A DNA stretch of 36,604 nucleotides from a virus. Lineage: Duplodnaviria; Caudoviricetes. The position numbers were made by a program, and so were the translations under genes. This document shows positions 16,567-26,350 of this stretch, piece after piece. Under the pieces are notes generated by a model. That model did not search any database. It was given only the letters and a program-made list of their open reading frames with translations, and was not told the DNA's origin. The stretch lies in the IMG/VR virus record IMGVR_UViG_3300047300_000283, positions 1 through 36,604 of that record; one strand, 5' to 3'. Position 1 is the stretch's first letter; the number at the start of each line of letters is the position of its first letter.

Positions 16567-17996
16567 CATTTGGCGAGTGGATGCCAGATCAGCCGGGAAT
16601 TTCTGGCGCTTTGACTGATGCCAAGAATGTGGTTTCTCAGGCCATTGGTTATGGGCCGTTGCCTAGTGCCGCTACATTTTCTGCCGCCGCTTCTGAAAGC
16701 CTGACAACATTGGTTGCTGGCAAGACACCATCAAGCACAACAAAACTGTTCGCCGCTGGTTCTACCAAGATTTACGATGTGTCTGGTACTGGTGTTTTGA
16801 CTGATGTTTCCAAGTCTGGTGGCTACACTCCAAGCGCAAGCGCAGACAGATTCAGATTCACTCAGTTTGGTAATGTCATCATTGGCACAAATTACAGTGA
16901 TCCAATGCAGGCTTATACGCTTGGCACATCTACGGCATTTGCTGACCTTGCGGCTTCTGCGCCGATTTGTAAGTATTTAACTGTTGTTCGTGATTTTGTT
17001 GTTACCGCTTTCACAAATGAGAGTTCAACTGTTTACCCTGCCCGTGTTCGTTGGTCTGGTATCAACGCTGAGACATCTTGGGGTTCAAGCCAAGTAACGC
17101 AAGCTGACTACCAAGACATTCCAGATGGCGGTCAGATTGTTGGCATCCGTGGTGGTGAGTTTGGTTTGGTGTTCCTTGAAAAAGGCATCAGCCGCATGAG
17201 TTATGTCGGTACGCCATTCATCTTTCAGTTTGACAACATTTCCCGTGGTAAGGGTTGTATTGCTGCTGGCTCGATTGCACAAACTCAAGGCGTGTCGTTC
17301 TTCTTGTCAGACGATGGCTTTTATATGTGCGATGGCCAACAAGTCCTGCCAATTGGTGCTGAAAAGGTTGACCGCTGGTTCTTTGCAAATGCAGATGAAG
17401 GCTCGTTTGACAGCATGAGCGCCGCTGTTGATCCAGTTCGCAAGTTGATTATTTGGAACTTCAGGACAACTTTTGCACAGCGTCAACTCATCATTTACAA
17501 CTTCAAAACTCAAAAATGGACTTATGGCGATGCTGGCGCTGATTACATCTCCGATGCTTCGACATCTGCAACAACGCTTGAGAACTTGGACTCAATTTCT
17601 TCTAGCATTGACGCTCTGCCTGTTAGTCTAGATTCGATTCTTTACATGGGCGGCAAGTATTTCCTTGGCGGGACTTCTGGCGCTTATGTCGTGACCTATA
17701 ACGGTCAACCAGCCACAGGCCAACTGATTACAGGCGATTTGAACGCTGGTGGGCGCTCTGTGGTGACATTAGCTAGGCCGCAAGTAGATAACGGCTCTGC
17801 GACCGTTTCTGTGGCTTCTAGAACGCTTTTAAGCGAGATTCCATCGTTTAGCACTGGCGTTGCCGCTGATTCTGAAAACCGTGTGTCTTTGCGCTCAAAC
17901 GGTTACTACCATCGTTTCAAAGTTGTGCCAACTGGTTCAAATTGGGCGACTGCGGTAGGAATGGATGTTGACTTGTTTGGACAGGGTGGCCGTTAA
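16548..17996 (+). CDS. Tail hub/nozzle, P22 gp10-like DNA stabilization protein
   Basis: FGEW.PDQP N-terminus, beta-propeller-like composition, FFLSDDGFY, position in the module. Confidence 0.8.
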   Translation: MATTKLTFGEWMPDQPGISGALTDAKNVVSQAIGYGPLPSAATFSAAASESLTTLVAGKTPSSTTKLFAAGSTKIYDVSGTGVLTDVSKSGGYTPSASADRFRFTQFGNVIIGTNYSDPMQAYTLGTSTAFADLAASAPICKYLTVVRDFVVTAFTNESSTVYPARVRWSGINAETSWGSSQVTQADYQDIPDGGQIVGIRGGEFGLVFLEKGISRMSYVGTPFIFQFDNISRGKGCIAAGSIAQTQGVSFFLSDDGFYMCDGQQVLPIGAEKVDRWFFANADEGSFDSMSAAVDPVRKLIIWNFRTTFAQRQLIIYNFKTQKWTYGDAGADYISDASTSATTLENLDSISSSIDALPVSLDSILYMGGKYFLGGTSGAYVVTYNGQPATGQLITGDLNAGGRSVVTLARPQVDNGSATVSVASRTLLSEIPSFSTGVAADSENRVSLRSNGYYHRFKVVPTGSNWATAVGMDVDLFGQGGR

Positions 17997-18313
17997 TGGC
18001 TCAAATGTTCAGAACTCTTGCGCCATTTGGTCAAGACCCTCGGGCTATTTCCGAGGTTGTCAATGGCATTATGAACGGCAAGACGAACAACACCGGGACG
18101 ATTACGCTCACGCAGGGTGCAACATCAACCACATTGACAGACGAGAGAATTGGTGGCACAAGCGTTATTTTGTTTATGCCATTAAACGATCATGCCGCAG
18201 ACGAATTGGCACACGGACATATGTATGTCTCTGCAAGAAACAAGGGTTCAGCAACAATTACGCACGGAAATCATATGAACGACATGAATTTTGCGTATGT
18301 TGTTGTTGGCTAA
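17996..18313 (+). CDS. Tail-associated hypothetical protein
   Basis: TAATG coupling. GKTNNTG..TL motif. Confidence 0.7.
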   Translation: MAQMFRTLAPFGQDPRAISEVVNGIMNGKTNNTGTITLTQGATSTTLTDERIGGTSVILFMPLNDHAADELAHGHMYVSARNKGSATITHGNHMNDMNFAYVVVG

Positions 18314-18319
18314 AATAGT

Positions 18320-18355
18320 TATAATGGGTTCCGTGGATCAACCGCTGTGGAATCC
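18320..18355 (+). promoter_or_regulatory. TATAAT -10 element and leader hairpin upstream of the ejection genes
   Basis: TATAAT at 18320-18325, then an imperfect GGGTTCCGTGG...TGTGGAATCC stem and AGGAG SD. Confidence 0.4.
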
Positions 18356-18374
18356 GAACTTTTAGGAGTAAGAC

Positions 18375-19271
18375 ATGGCGACTACAACCACTTCAACGAT
18401 TGACCCAACAATCCAGCCTTATTTGAGCTACGGATTGAGCGAGGCGCAACGGCTTTATCAAGCTGGTGGCCCACAATACTACCCCGGCCAAACCTATGTT
18501 TCTCCATCTCAGACCACTCAAACTGGTCTGCAAGCCTTGGAGCAACGGGCCATGCAGGGCAGTCCATTGGTTGGTCAAGCACAGCAACAACTCCAAAGTA
18601 CCATTGGCGGCAACTACCTGAGTGGTAACCCATTCTTTCAAGGTGCGTTTGCACCAGCCGCCCAAGCTGCTACAGCGCAATTTAACCAAGCAATTGGTGA
18701 CATTGGCTCTGCTGCATCTAAGGCTGGCCGCTACGGTTCTGGCGCAATGGGTTCTTTGCAAGATCGCGCTTCTGGTCAATTCGCACAGCAACTGACAAAC
18801 ACCGCTGGTCAACTGGCTTATCAGAACTACGCTGATGAACGGGCACGACAGCAAGCCGCAACAATGGCTGCTCCCGGCATGGCGCAAGCAGATTACCAAG
18901 ACATTCAGAATCTGTTGGCCGCTGGTCAAGCCCGTGAAGGTTACACAGGCCAGCAACTTCAGGCTGATATGGCTCGTTATAACTACGGCCAGCAATTGCC
19001 ACAGCAAAACTTGGCAACTTTCTTGTCAAGCGTGTATGGCAACCCAATGGGCAACATTAGAAGCACTACACAAAGCGGTACTGCTGACACATCAACGATG
19101 CAGAATTTGCTTGGTGCAGCGGCTGTTGCTGGTGGTCTTTACAAGAACCTTGGTGGTTCGGCTGGCATCAGTGATTTGTATAACACTGGCAAAAACTGGC
19201 TAACTGGTGGTAGTTCTGGGTTTGTATCTGATCCCGGCGCTTTCTCATTTGGCACTAACTGGTGGGATTAA
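18375..19271 (+). CDS. DNA ejection/pilot protein (Gln/Ala/Gly-rich)
   Basis: Composition and position. GRYGSGA and Y.NY..ER.RQ motifs. Confidence 0.7.
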   Translation: MATTTTSTIDPTIQPYLSYGLSEAQRLYQAGGPQYYPGQTYVSPSQTTQTGLQALEQRAMQGSPLVGQAQQQLQSTIGGNYLSGNPFFQGAFAPAAQAATAQFNQAIGDIGSAASKAGRYGSGAMGSLQDRASGQFAQQLTNTAGQLAYQNYADERARQQAATMAAPGMAQADYQDIQNLLAAGQAREGYTGQQLQADMARYNYGQQLPQQNLATFLSSVYGNPMGNIRSTTQSGTADTSTMQNLLGAAAVAGGLYKNLGGSAGISDLYNTGKNWLTGGSSGFVSDPGAFSFGTNWWD

Positions 19272-19273
19272 AA

Positions 19274-20578
19274 ATGGCTGGATTACTCGATATTTTCGGC
19301 ACTGGCGGCACTGAGACTCTTAGCCTTTTGGGTATGAGTCCCGCTGAGATTCAGCGCAACCGTGATGATGCACAGGCTCAAGCGTTGTATGGCTTGGCGG
19401 CTCGATTGTTCCAAGGTGGCAACACTGGTCAATCAATCGCTGAAGGCTTGCAACAAGGCCAGAAGTTGTATTCGGCTGCGATGCAAAACCAACTGCAAGA
19501 CCAATTGCAAGGCTTCCAACTGAAAGATTTGATTGAGAAACGCAAGCGCGAGAAACAAGCTGAAGAACGTCAAGCGTTGATTGATAAAGCTGTTACTGGC
19601 GCTTATCGTCCTGCCGTTGCCGCAGTTGAACCGCCTACACCTACAGGCCCATTGTCTGGTGCTGCGTTTGGTGAAGTTGGTACGCCTGCACAAGAAGCCC
19701 GTTTTGATCTTCAAGCAATTGCACCAGCTTTGATGGCAACGCCACAAGGCCGCAAAACATTGTCTGAATTGGTTGCCACACAGAAGGCAATGGCTGGCGA
19801 GACTACTTCTCTTGCAGAAGGCGCTCAACTTATCCGCACTAACCCATTTACAAATAAAGTTGAAGTTGTTGCAAGAGGCGCAGAAAAAGAAAAGCCAATT
19901 CAGTTCCAAGACTTGGGCAATGTTGTTATTGGTATTCAGGGCGGCAAAGAAGTAATGCGCTTGCCAAAAGGTCTTGCGCCACAACGTCCTGAAGCAGCGC
20001 CATCTTTGCAGACGGTTGAAACAGAAAAAGGATTGATGACCTTTAACCCAAAAACTGGTCAACTTTCTCCACTGATGATTGATGGAAGCCCTGTTGCTGG
20101 AAAAGGTCAGAAGCCAACAGAAGGAGAGGCAAACGCTGCTGGATTTGCACAGCGGATGGTTGCCGCAATGTCTGTAACAAATAAAGTAAATAATGCAGAG
20201 CAGCCAAAATTGGGTGAAGCCATATATCGAGCAATCCCATTTATTGGCGACAAAGTTCCTGAAGTTTTACCAGAAAAAATTGGCGGTCTTTCAGCAGATC
20301 GTAGGCAATACCTTCAAGCCGCAAATAACTGGATTAGAGCAAATTTGCGAAAAGAATCTGGTGCGGTTATTGGTGCAGACGAATGGCTTGAGGAGTATAA
20401 AAACTACTTCCCTCAATTCAATGATGATGCCAAAACTGTAGAACAAAAACGACAGTTCCGAGAGATTGTTACTAGCAATATGATAAGGGCTAGTGGCAAA
20501 TCTTTCCAAGCGCCAACTGGTGATGCTGGTGCAGTTTCTGCTGATTTGTATAAAAAATACAATTTGACACCCCGCTGA
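19274..20578 (+). CDS. DNA ejection (internal virion) protein
   Basis: MAGLLDIFG start. C-terminal LRKESGA.I...E......YFP motif. Confidence 0.7.
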   Translation: MAGLLDIFGTGGTETLSLLGMSPAEIQRNRDDAQAQALYGLAARLFQGGNTGQSIAEGLQQGQKLYSAAMQNQLQDQLQGFQLKDLIEKRKREKQAEERQALIDKAVTGAYRPAVAAVEPPTPTGPLSGAAFGEVGTPAQEARFDLQAIAPALMATPQGRKTLSELVATQKAMAGETTSLAEGAQLIRTNPFTNKVEVVARGAEKEKPIQFQDLGNVVIGIQGGKEVMRLPKGLAPQRPEAAPSLQTVETEKGLMTFNPKTGQLSPLMIDGSPVAGKGQKPTEGEANAAGFAQRMVAAMSVTNKVNNAEQPKLGEAIYRAIPFIGDKVPEVLPEKIGGLSADRRQYLQAANNWIRANLRKESGAVIGADEWLEEYKNYFPQFNDDAKTVEQKRQFREIVTSNMIRASGKSFQAPTGDAGAVSADLYKKYNLTPR

Positions 20579-20589
20579 AAGGTTTAAAA

Positions 20590-22560
20590 ATGGCAGATAA
20601 CATCAGTCGAGTAAAAGATAACGTCAGAAAGATGATTGACGCTGGAGCGCCAGAATCTGATCTGAATAGTTATCTAAAAAGTGAAGGTTTTACACAAGAG
20701 TCTTTTGTTAAGGCAATGGACTTGACTCGTCAGGCTGGTGGAAAAGTATCTGACTTTGGTGTTGGTCGCTCTGCTGCTCAAGGTATTACTTTTGGATTTG
20801 CTGATGAGATGGAGGCATTGGCTAAGTCTCTTGCTGGTAAGGGAACATATGAGCAAAACTTGGCATCTCTAAATCTTGCAAAACAAGAATATGAGCGACA
20901 AAATCCGGCAAAAGCAATGACAGCAGAAGTTGTTGGCGGTTTGCCGTATGCTTTGGTTCCATTTCTTGGCGCTGCTCGCTATGCAAAGATGGCTGAGACT
21001 GCAAGTCCAATGATTCGTGCTGGCGTACAAGCTGGACAAGCGGCAGTAACTGGCGGTGTAACTGGCGCATTAACTGGTGCTGGTACTGCTGATATTGGTC
21101 AACGCATGGCTGGCGCTACATCAGGTGGCACTGTTGGTACTATTGTTGGCGGTGTAGCACCATCTGCAACAAAAGCAATCGGCTCTGCTGGAAGCAAAGT
21201 TGTTGACGTTACAAGCGGAATACCAGTTGTTCAAAGGGTTGGTCAGGCTGTTGGTTTGGCAACAGGGCAGACAATTGATTCTGCAAATCGTGCAAAAGCA
21301 AAACTGCTTGAAGCAATGTATCGTGATTCCATGACACCAGATGACCTTGCAAAACTCATTTCTTCAACAACAAAGCCTGTCGGTATTGTTGATGTTGCTG
21401 GCGAAAATGTTAAATCATTAGCTGATGTTGCACAAAAATATCCCGGAACATCACGACAAGCAGCAAAAGTTGCAATTGAGGAGCGTGGCGCTGGTCAAGC
21501 AGAGCGAATAAAAGCTGACATTGCCAAATATCTTGGTGAATTTAAAGACCCATTTGACTACACGCAACAAATTGCAGAGCGTCAGAAACAAGTTTCTGCT
21601 CCGCTTTATGCGTCAGCATATTCTTATGGTGAAGTGACAAGCCCTAAAGTTTTGAAGTTTCTTGAACTTCCTCAGTTTAAGAGTGCTGCTAAAGAGGCGC
21701 AAAACTTGTTGGCCGCTGAAGGTCGAGAAGTTGATATGACACGACCAACTGTTGAAGTCTTGGACAACATCAAGCGCGGTTTGGATTCTTTGATTGAAAA
21801 AGAAACTGACGCTGTAACTGGCAAAAAGACGCAACTTGGCAAAATCTATGTTCAGAAAAAAAATGAGTTTTTGTCTGAGTTAGATAGCGCAGTACCTGAC
21901 TATGGCAAGGCCCGAAAGGCGTTTGCTGGTGATGCAGAGATTATTGATGCAACTCGATCTGGCCAAGACTTCTTCAAGTTGTCTGCGGCTGAAGCAAAAC
22001 GAGCATTTTCAGCATTGTCTCCTTCTGAGCAAGAGGCATATAGAATTGGTGCAATTGATTCTGTAAAGAAAAAAATTGCGACAGCAAAAGATACTGCTGA
22101 TGTTCGTAAGCGTGTATTTGGTTCTGCTGAAGATCGTGAACGGATGCGTTCATTGTTTCCAGACAATGCTTCTTTCAATGCCTTTGAAAAAGACATGACA
22201 ACAGAAGCAACAATGCGAGCGACACAAGAGAAAATCTTGCGTGGCTCTCAAACTGCTGAACGCCAATTGGCCGCACAAGGTCTTGAGGCGGAACCCGGTT
22301 TTATAGCGCAACTGATTGAGCAAGGCCCAATTCGTGGGACGATTGGTTATCTTCAGGCTCAAGGTCAAGGTGTTGCTGGTAAAACTGCTGATGAACTTGG
22401 CCCAATGCTGTTTAAGCTAGGTGATCCAAGGGCTAACCTTGAAACATTAAAGCAACTTAGCGCATATGAGCGTTATCTGCTTGAACAAGAAGCAAAGAAA
22501 GCGGCTGGCACTGCTGGCGCTGCGACAATGATTCCCGGCCTACTGAATACATCGGAGTAA
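20590..22560 (+). CDS. Large DNA ejection protein
   Basis: QGITFGFADE motif, Gly/Ala hydrophobic segments, GSQTAER motif. 656 aa. Confidence 0.7.
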   Translation: MADNISRVKDNVRKMIDAGAPESDLNSYLKSEGFTQESFVKAMDLTRQAGGKVSDFGVGRSAAQGITFGFADEMEALAKSLAGKGTYEQNLASLNLAKQEYERQNPAKAMTAEVVGGLPYALVPFLGAARYAKMAETASPMIRAGVQAGQAAVTGGVTGALTGAGTADIGQRMAGATSGGTVGTIVGGVAPSATKAIGSAGSKVVDVTSGIPVVQRVGQAVGLATGQTIDSANRAKAKLLEAMYRDSMTPDDLAKLISSTTKPVGIVDVAGENVKSLADVAQKYPGTSRQAAKVAIEERGAGQAERIKADIAKYLGEFKDPFDYTQQIAERQKQVSAPLYASAYSYGEVTSPKVLKFLELPQFKSAAKEAQNLLAAEGREVDMTRPTVEVLDNIKRGLDSLIEKETDAVTGKKTQLGKIYVQKKNEFLSELDSAVPDYGKARKAFAGDAEIIDATRSGQDFFKLSAAEAKRAFSALSPSEQEAYRIGAIDSVKKKIATAKDTADVRKRVFGSAEDRERMRSLFPDNASFNAFEKDMTTEATMRATQEKILRGSQTAERQLAAQGLEAEPGFIAQLIEQGPIRGTIGYLQAQGQGVAGKTADELGPMLFKLGDPRANLETLKQLSAYERYLLEQEAKKAAGTAGAATMIPGLLNTSE

Positions 22561-22563
22561 AAC

Positions 22564-23130
22564 ATGGCAAAGACAAAGATCAGCGAGTGGTCATCCACCC
22601 CCGGTAATAACACCGACATTGATGGCATTAACATTGCTGAAGGCTGTGCGCCTAGCGGTATTAACGATGCCATCCGAGAGATGATGGCACAGGTTAAAGA
22701 CCTGTATTCTGGGACTACTGGTGATGCCGTAGGCGTTGCTGGTGGTGGTACTGGCGCAACAACAGCATCAGGCGCACGAACAAACCTTGGCCTTGTGATT
22801 GGCACAGATGTTCAGGCATATGACGCTGACCTAACAACCTTGGGTGCTGGCGGTAGTGCGGCTCGCTCATTCCTTGGTCTTGCGATTGGTACTGATGTTC
22901 AGGCCTACGATGCAGATTTGGTTGATTTGGCTACCAACGGCGCTGGAACTGGAAACAATCAATACTTAAAGCGCGATAGTTCAGCCAAGGTTCCAATTGG
23001 CTCTACTTGGAAAGTCTATGAATCCGCTGGAGTTTTATATTTTGAAGTTAGCGGAGTTGCAAAAGCAAAAATAGATGGCTCTGGGAATCTTACTGTTGTA
23101 GGTAATGTGACTGCATATGGGACAATGTAA
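22564..23130 (+). CDS. Tail fibre protein (proximal)
   Basis: GGTGATTASGARTNLGL and two LGL.IGTDVQAYDADL repeats. Confidence 0.8.
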   Translation: MAKTKISEWSSTPGNNTDIDGINIAEGCAPSGINDAIREMMAQVKDLYSGTTGDAVGVAGGGTGATTASGARTNLGLVIGTDVQAYDADLTTLGAGGSAARSFLGLAIGTDVQAYDADLVDLATNGAGTGNNQYLKRDSSAKVPIGSTWKVYESAGVLYFEVSGVAKAKIDGSGNLTVVGNVTAYGTM

Positions 23131-23132
23131 TC

Positions 23133-24059
23133 ATGACATTACCAGCATCAGGACAAATTTCGCTATCTCAGGTTAACACTGAGTTAGGGTTATCTTCTAC
23201 CGCGCAGATCAGCCTCAACGACAGCTCGGTACGTACCCTGTTTGGCAAAGCCAGCGGCGCCATTGCCATGAGCGATGGTTATGGCAAGGCCAACCAGTTC
23301 GCGTTCACGATCTCCAGCAACCAGACGAACGCCAACCTAGCAACCCTTGCGACCGCTGCGGGATGGAACGGAAGTTCAAAGGTCGTGGCCACTATCGGAT
23401 CAGGCGTTTACATCTCCAGCAACAGTACAGGCACTCCGGGACTAACAATCAACGGATCATTCCCCGGTGGCGTTGAGTTGATAAACAACGGATACATCGT
23501 TGGCATGGGAGGCGCAGGAGGCGCTGGAGCACAATCGAACAACACCACAGGCAATGCAGGAAGTGGCGGAGGCCTTGCTTTGAGTGTTTCTTCCGCAGTT
23601 AGCATCAACAACGCGGGCACTATTGGCGGCGGCGGTGGTGGTGGTGGTGGCGGTGGCTCAAGGTGGATGGCTACATACAGCTCATCCGTTGGAGTAAGTG
23701 GATCAGGTGGAGGTGGCGGTCGTTCAGGAGCCACTAATTCATCAGCCGGTGCAGCCGGAACAGTTACAACAGGAAATACATCTAGCGGCAATGCCGGAAG
23801 CGCCGGAACATCGGCATCTGCCGGAGCAGGGGGTACCGCGGTTAGTCGTGTTGGTGAAGGCGGTTTGACTTTGACCGGCGGCGCTGGTGGTGCTGGTGGT
23901 AGCTGGGGCGCTGCTGGTAGTTCAGGCGGAAGAAGTAACGAAAGCAACACGAGCACCGGTTACAACGGCGGGTCTGGCGGTTCGGCTGGTGGTGCAATCA
24001 CGGGAAATTCCAGTATTACTTGGATCGCCACAGGAACACGACTGGGTTCAATTTCATAA
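23133..24059 (+). CDS. Glycine-rich tail adhesin (T-even gp38-like)
   Basis: N-terminal LPASGQISLS..N.ELG motif, INNGYI.G.GG, NNAGTIGGGGGGGG, and C-terminal I.W...GTR.G motif. Confidence 0.75.
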   Translation: MTLPASGQISLSQVNTELGLSSTAQISLNDSSVRTLFGKASGAIAMSDGYGKANQFAFTISSNQTNANLATLATAAGWNGSSKVVATIGSGVYISSNSTGTPGLTINGSFPGGVELINNGYIVGMGGAGGAGAQSNNTTGNAGSGGGLALSVSSAVSINNAGTIGGGGGGGGGGGSRWMATYSSSVGVSGSGGGGGRSGATNSSAGAAGTVTTGNTSSGNAGSAGTSASAGAGGTAVSRVGEGGLTLTGGAGGAGGSWGAAGSSGGRSNESNTSTGYNGGSGGSAGGAITGNSSITWIATGTRLGSIS

Positions 24060-24068
24060 GGACAACAT

Positions 24069-24395
24069 ATGACCATTACCTACACATACGAAATTATCGC
24101 GGTCAATGAAGCCGCACGCTGCATGGAGGTTGTCTATTCAGCAACGGGGCATCAGACCATGCACATCGGCACTCGGTTGCCGTTTGAGGGTGAGGCCCTT
24201 GAGAATGTTATTAAGGCGTTTGCACCAGTGGCCTTGTGGCTTGAACTTGCAACTCCAGTGACCGCCCCGCAGGTTGGCTTAACGGGCACCATTGAGCCAG
24301 AGCCTAATCCTGTATCACTGGAAAAACCAGTAGAGCCTGAATCGGTGTTTTCAACACCTGCAAGCGGATCAATTGCTTCAGTCGTTCTTGAGTAA
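24069..24395 (+). CDS. Putative tail-fibre accessory/chaperone protein
   Basis: AAGGA SD. Directly after the adhesin gene. Confidence 0.6.
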   Translation: MTITYTYEIIAVNEAARCMEVVYSATGHQTMHIGTRLPFEGEALENVIKAFAPVALWLELATPVTAPQVGLTGTIEPEPNPVSLEKPVEPESVFSTPASGSIASVVLE

Positions 24396-24404
24396 GGCAG
24401 ACAC

Positions 24405-24758
24405 ATGAGCCAGCCAAACGTCAACATCGGTTGCGTGAAAAATCTATTTGTTCGACAAATGCACTTTGCAAACGCGGGTGATTCTGAACAGGGGCATGCG
24501 CACCAGTTCGATCACATGACATTGCTCGCTAGAGGGCGGTTGTCTGTGTGCATAAACGATGAGGTAACTGAGTTTACTGCGCCACAAATGATCTACATTA
24601 AGGCCGGAATTCAGCACGAGCTTACCGCACTCAGCGACGGTGCTGTGGCGTATTGCGTCCATGCGCTGCGTGATGAGTCTGGCGAGATTATTGATGCCAG
24701 CATGGTTCCAAAATCACGCGAGCTGCATGACTTTATTCAACGCTTAGTGCCCGGTTGA
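24405..24758 (+). CDS. Cupin (RmlC-like) domain protein
   Basis: GHAHQFDHMTLL..G and IYIKAG..H.L.AL....AYCVH metal-binding cupin motifs. Confidence 0.85.
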   Translation: MSQPNVNIGCVKNLFVRQMHFANAGDSEQGHAHQFDHMTLLARGRLSVCINDEVTEFTAPQMIYIKAGIQHELTALSDGAVAYCVHALRDESGEIIDASMVPKSRELHDFIQRLVPG

Positions 24759-24779
24759 GGCAACATCCAAGAGGCCGCA

Positions 24780-25334
24780 ATGGTAATTAAGTACAAATCC
24801 GGTTTGGACTTATCGGTGTTAAACAAAGAAGCACCATGGGACACCGTAATGGAGTTTGCTCTGTGGTATCAGCGCGTCGGCTTTCCTATGATCCCTTCCT
24901 CGGACGGTCCTGTTGTGACCACCGATGATGCAGTTGCATTTCCAGTGTTTCGGTACAAAAACTTCCAAGCTGAACTGTACGTCTTCACACCAAGCACGGT
25001 ACCAAAACACGCACATCCGTATGTGGATGTCGTCCAAACGTATTTTCATCCAGCCTCTGGCGCCTGGACAGAATTCGTTGAGTTGATATACCCGCAGGCG
25101 CATGGGGGAGACGAGATAGTCCTCGATACAGCATTGCAAAACAGCAAGCAGCTACTGCTAACGCTCCAGAAATGGCCGGATGGTCAGACCCCACACACGC
25201 TGTCTGCCGTTTGGAAGGGACCTACCATGGGTCCATTGCAAGAAGGGCTTGTTCGACAATTCAATCCGGATTGTTTGCTGTACCCCGGCTACGCGGACAT
25301 CACTGTTAAAGCGCAGGCATCTGCCATTTTGTAA
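24780..25334 (+). CDS. Cupin-like protein, paralog 1
   Basis: P.HAHP motif. Shares extensive motifs with 25350..25883. Confidence 0.7.
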   Translation: MVIKYKSGLDLSVLNKEAPWDTVMEFALWYQRVGFPMIPSSDGPVVTTDDAVAFPVFRYKNFQAELYVFTPSTVPKHAHPYVDVVQTYFHPASGAWTEFVELIYPQAHGGDEIVLDTALQNSKQLLLTLQKWPDGQTPHTLSAVWKGPTMGPLQEGLVRQFNPDCLLYPGYADITVKAQASAIL

Positions 25335-25349
25335 CTGATCGGACTTGTA

Positions 25350-25883
25350 ATGCGCAGTGTAGAAAAAAACAAAGTACCGAATTTTGCAAATGTGGTTGAG
25401 TTTGCAGATTGGTACCTGAACGCGGGCATGCCAACGCTTTTCCCAGAAAACCGGGAGGTTTTTGTAACGGATGACGCAACGGCCAGTTGCCTGTTCAGGC
25501 ACGGGCGGTTTCAGTTTGAAATGTATATGATTCACCCAAGCCCCGTAATACCCGCACATGAGCATCCCGGAGTTGTGAACATTGAAATTTCCGGCCCCGG
25601 ATGGGATGGGCCAAACAGTCCTGCTCTTAGCGAATTAGTGCAAAATGCTGGTCAGGCACATGGAATTGGCTTTAAGCGGCTCGCGTCCAATAGGGGTTTT
25701 GTGCTCTTGTCAGCGCAAATGTGGGATGACGGGATTGAGATGTCAACGATAGGGGCTCGATGGAAAGGCCACACGGCTGGGCCAAAGCATGAGGCACTGA
25801 TCCGACGCTTCAATCCCGATTGCCTTGTGTATCCGGGCTATGCCGACGTGACGCGCAAGTCGGTTTCGAGCGAGATTTTGTAG
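25350..25883 (+). CDS. Cupin-like protein, paralog 2
   Basis: P.HEHP motif. WKG.T.GP..E.L.R.FNPDCL.YPGYAD is shared with paralog 1. Confidence 0.7.
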   Translation: MRSVEKNKVPNFANVVEFADWYLNAGMPTLFPENREVFVTDDATASCLFRHGRFQFEMYMIHPSPVIPAHEHPGVVNIEISGPGWDGPNSPALSELVQNAGQAHGIGFKRLASNRGFVLLSAQMWDDGIEMSTIGARWKGHTAGPKHEALIRRFNPDCLVYPGYADVTRKSVSSEIL

Positions 25884-25973
25884 GATATATTCTCTTTAAA
25901 CAGAAAGGTAGGGCCGATGTTTGGCACTCTTAAATAACCGTAAATTGCAACTGACTTGGCCCAAGGTGAACTG

Positions 25974-26207
25974 ATGGACAACCAACAACTTTTCAACCTT
26001 GTAGTTTCGGTTGCCGGGTTCTTGGGAGCATTTGTGTTCTATCAAGTCATGCAACGCCTACAAAGGACAGAAGACAAGCTGTCTGAGATGGAACGCAATA
26101 TGCCTTTGACCTATGTTCAGAAGGACGATTACAAGTCTGACATCAAAGAGATCAAAGACATCTTGCGACAAATCTTTGACAAACTCGACAACAAGGCTGA
26201 CAAATGA
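25974..26207 (+). CDS. Holin-like / lysis-associated membrane protein (TM plus coiled coil)
   Basis: One N-terminal TM, P..YV.K.DY, I.DKLD.KADK motifs. AAGGTG SD. Confidence 0.7.
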   Translation: MDNQQLFNLVVSVAGFLGAFVFYQVMQRLQRTEDKLSEMERNMPLTYVQKDDYKSDIKEIKDILRQIFDKLDNKADK

Positions 26208-26249
26208 CGACAAATCTTTGACAAACTCGACAACAAGGCTGACAAATGA
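26166..26249. repeat. Perfect 42-bp tandem duplication
   Basis: cgacaaatctttgacaaactcgacaacaaggctgacaaatga occurs at 26166-26207 and 26208-26249. Confidence 0.95.
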
Positions 26250-26350
26250 AAGACTGGGCCGTTGCATTTATCGCTGCGGCCTTGGTCTCATGCCTGACTA
26301 TTTGGGCTGCGTTTTCTATTATTCCGATTCTTCAGTGGGTGCTTAGATGA
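26246..26350 (+). CDS. 34-aa membrane peptide (MKDWAVAFIAAALVSCLTIWAAFSIIPILQWVLR)
   Basis: Manually translated. Hydrophobic, with ATGA coupling to 26347. Confidence 0.6.
   Translation: MKDWAVAFIAAALVSCLTIWAAFSIIPILQWVLR

Noticed and set aside
22786-22920. Diversity-generating retroelement TR/VR pair in the tail fibre
   Set aside because: The repeat is an in-frame LGL.IGTDVQAYDADL protein repeat differing mainly at synonymous sites. No reverse transcriptase in the genome.
23408-23956. Pro-rich minus-strand ORF
   Set aside because: Reverse complement of the Gly-rich adhesin codons.
26166-26249. Mini CRISPR array
   Set aside because: Two abutting copies with no spacer, derived from coding sequence, and no cas genes.
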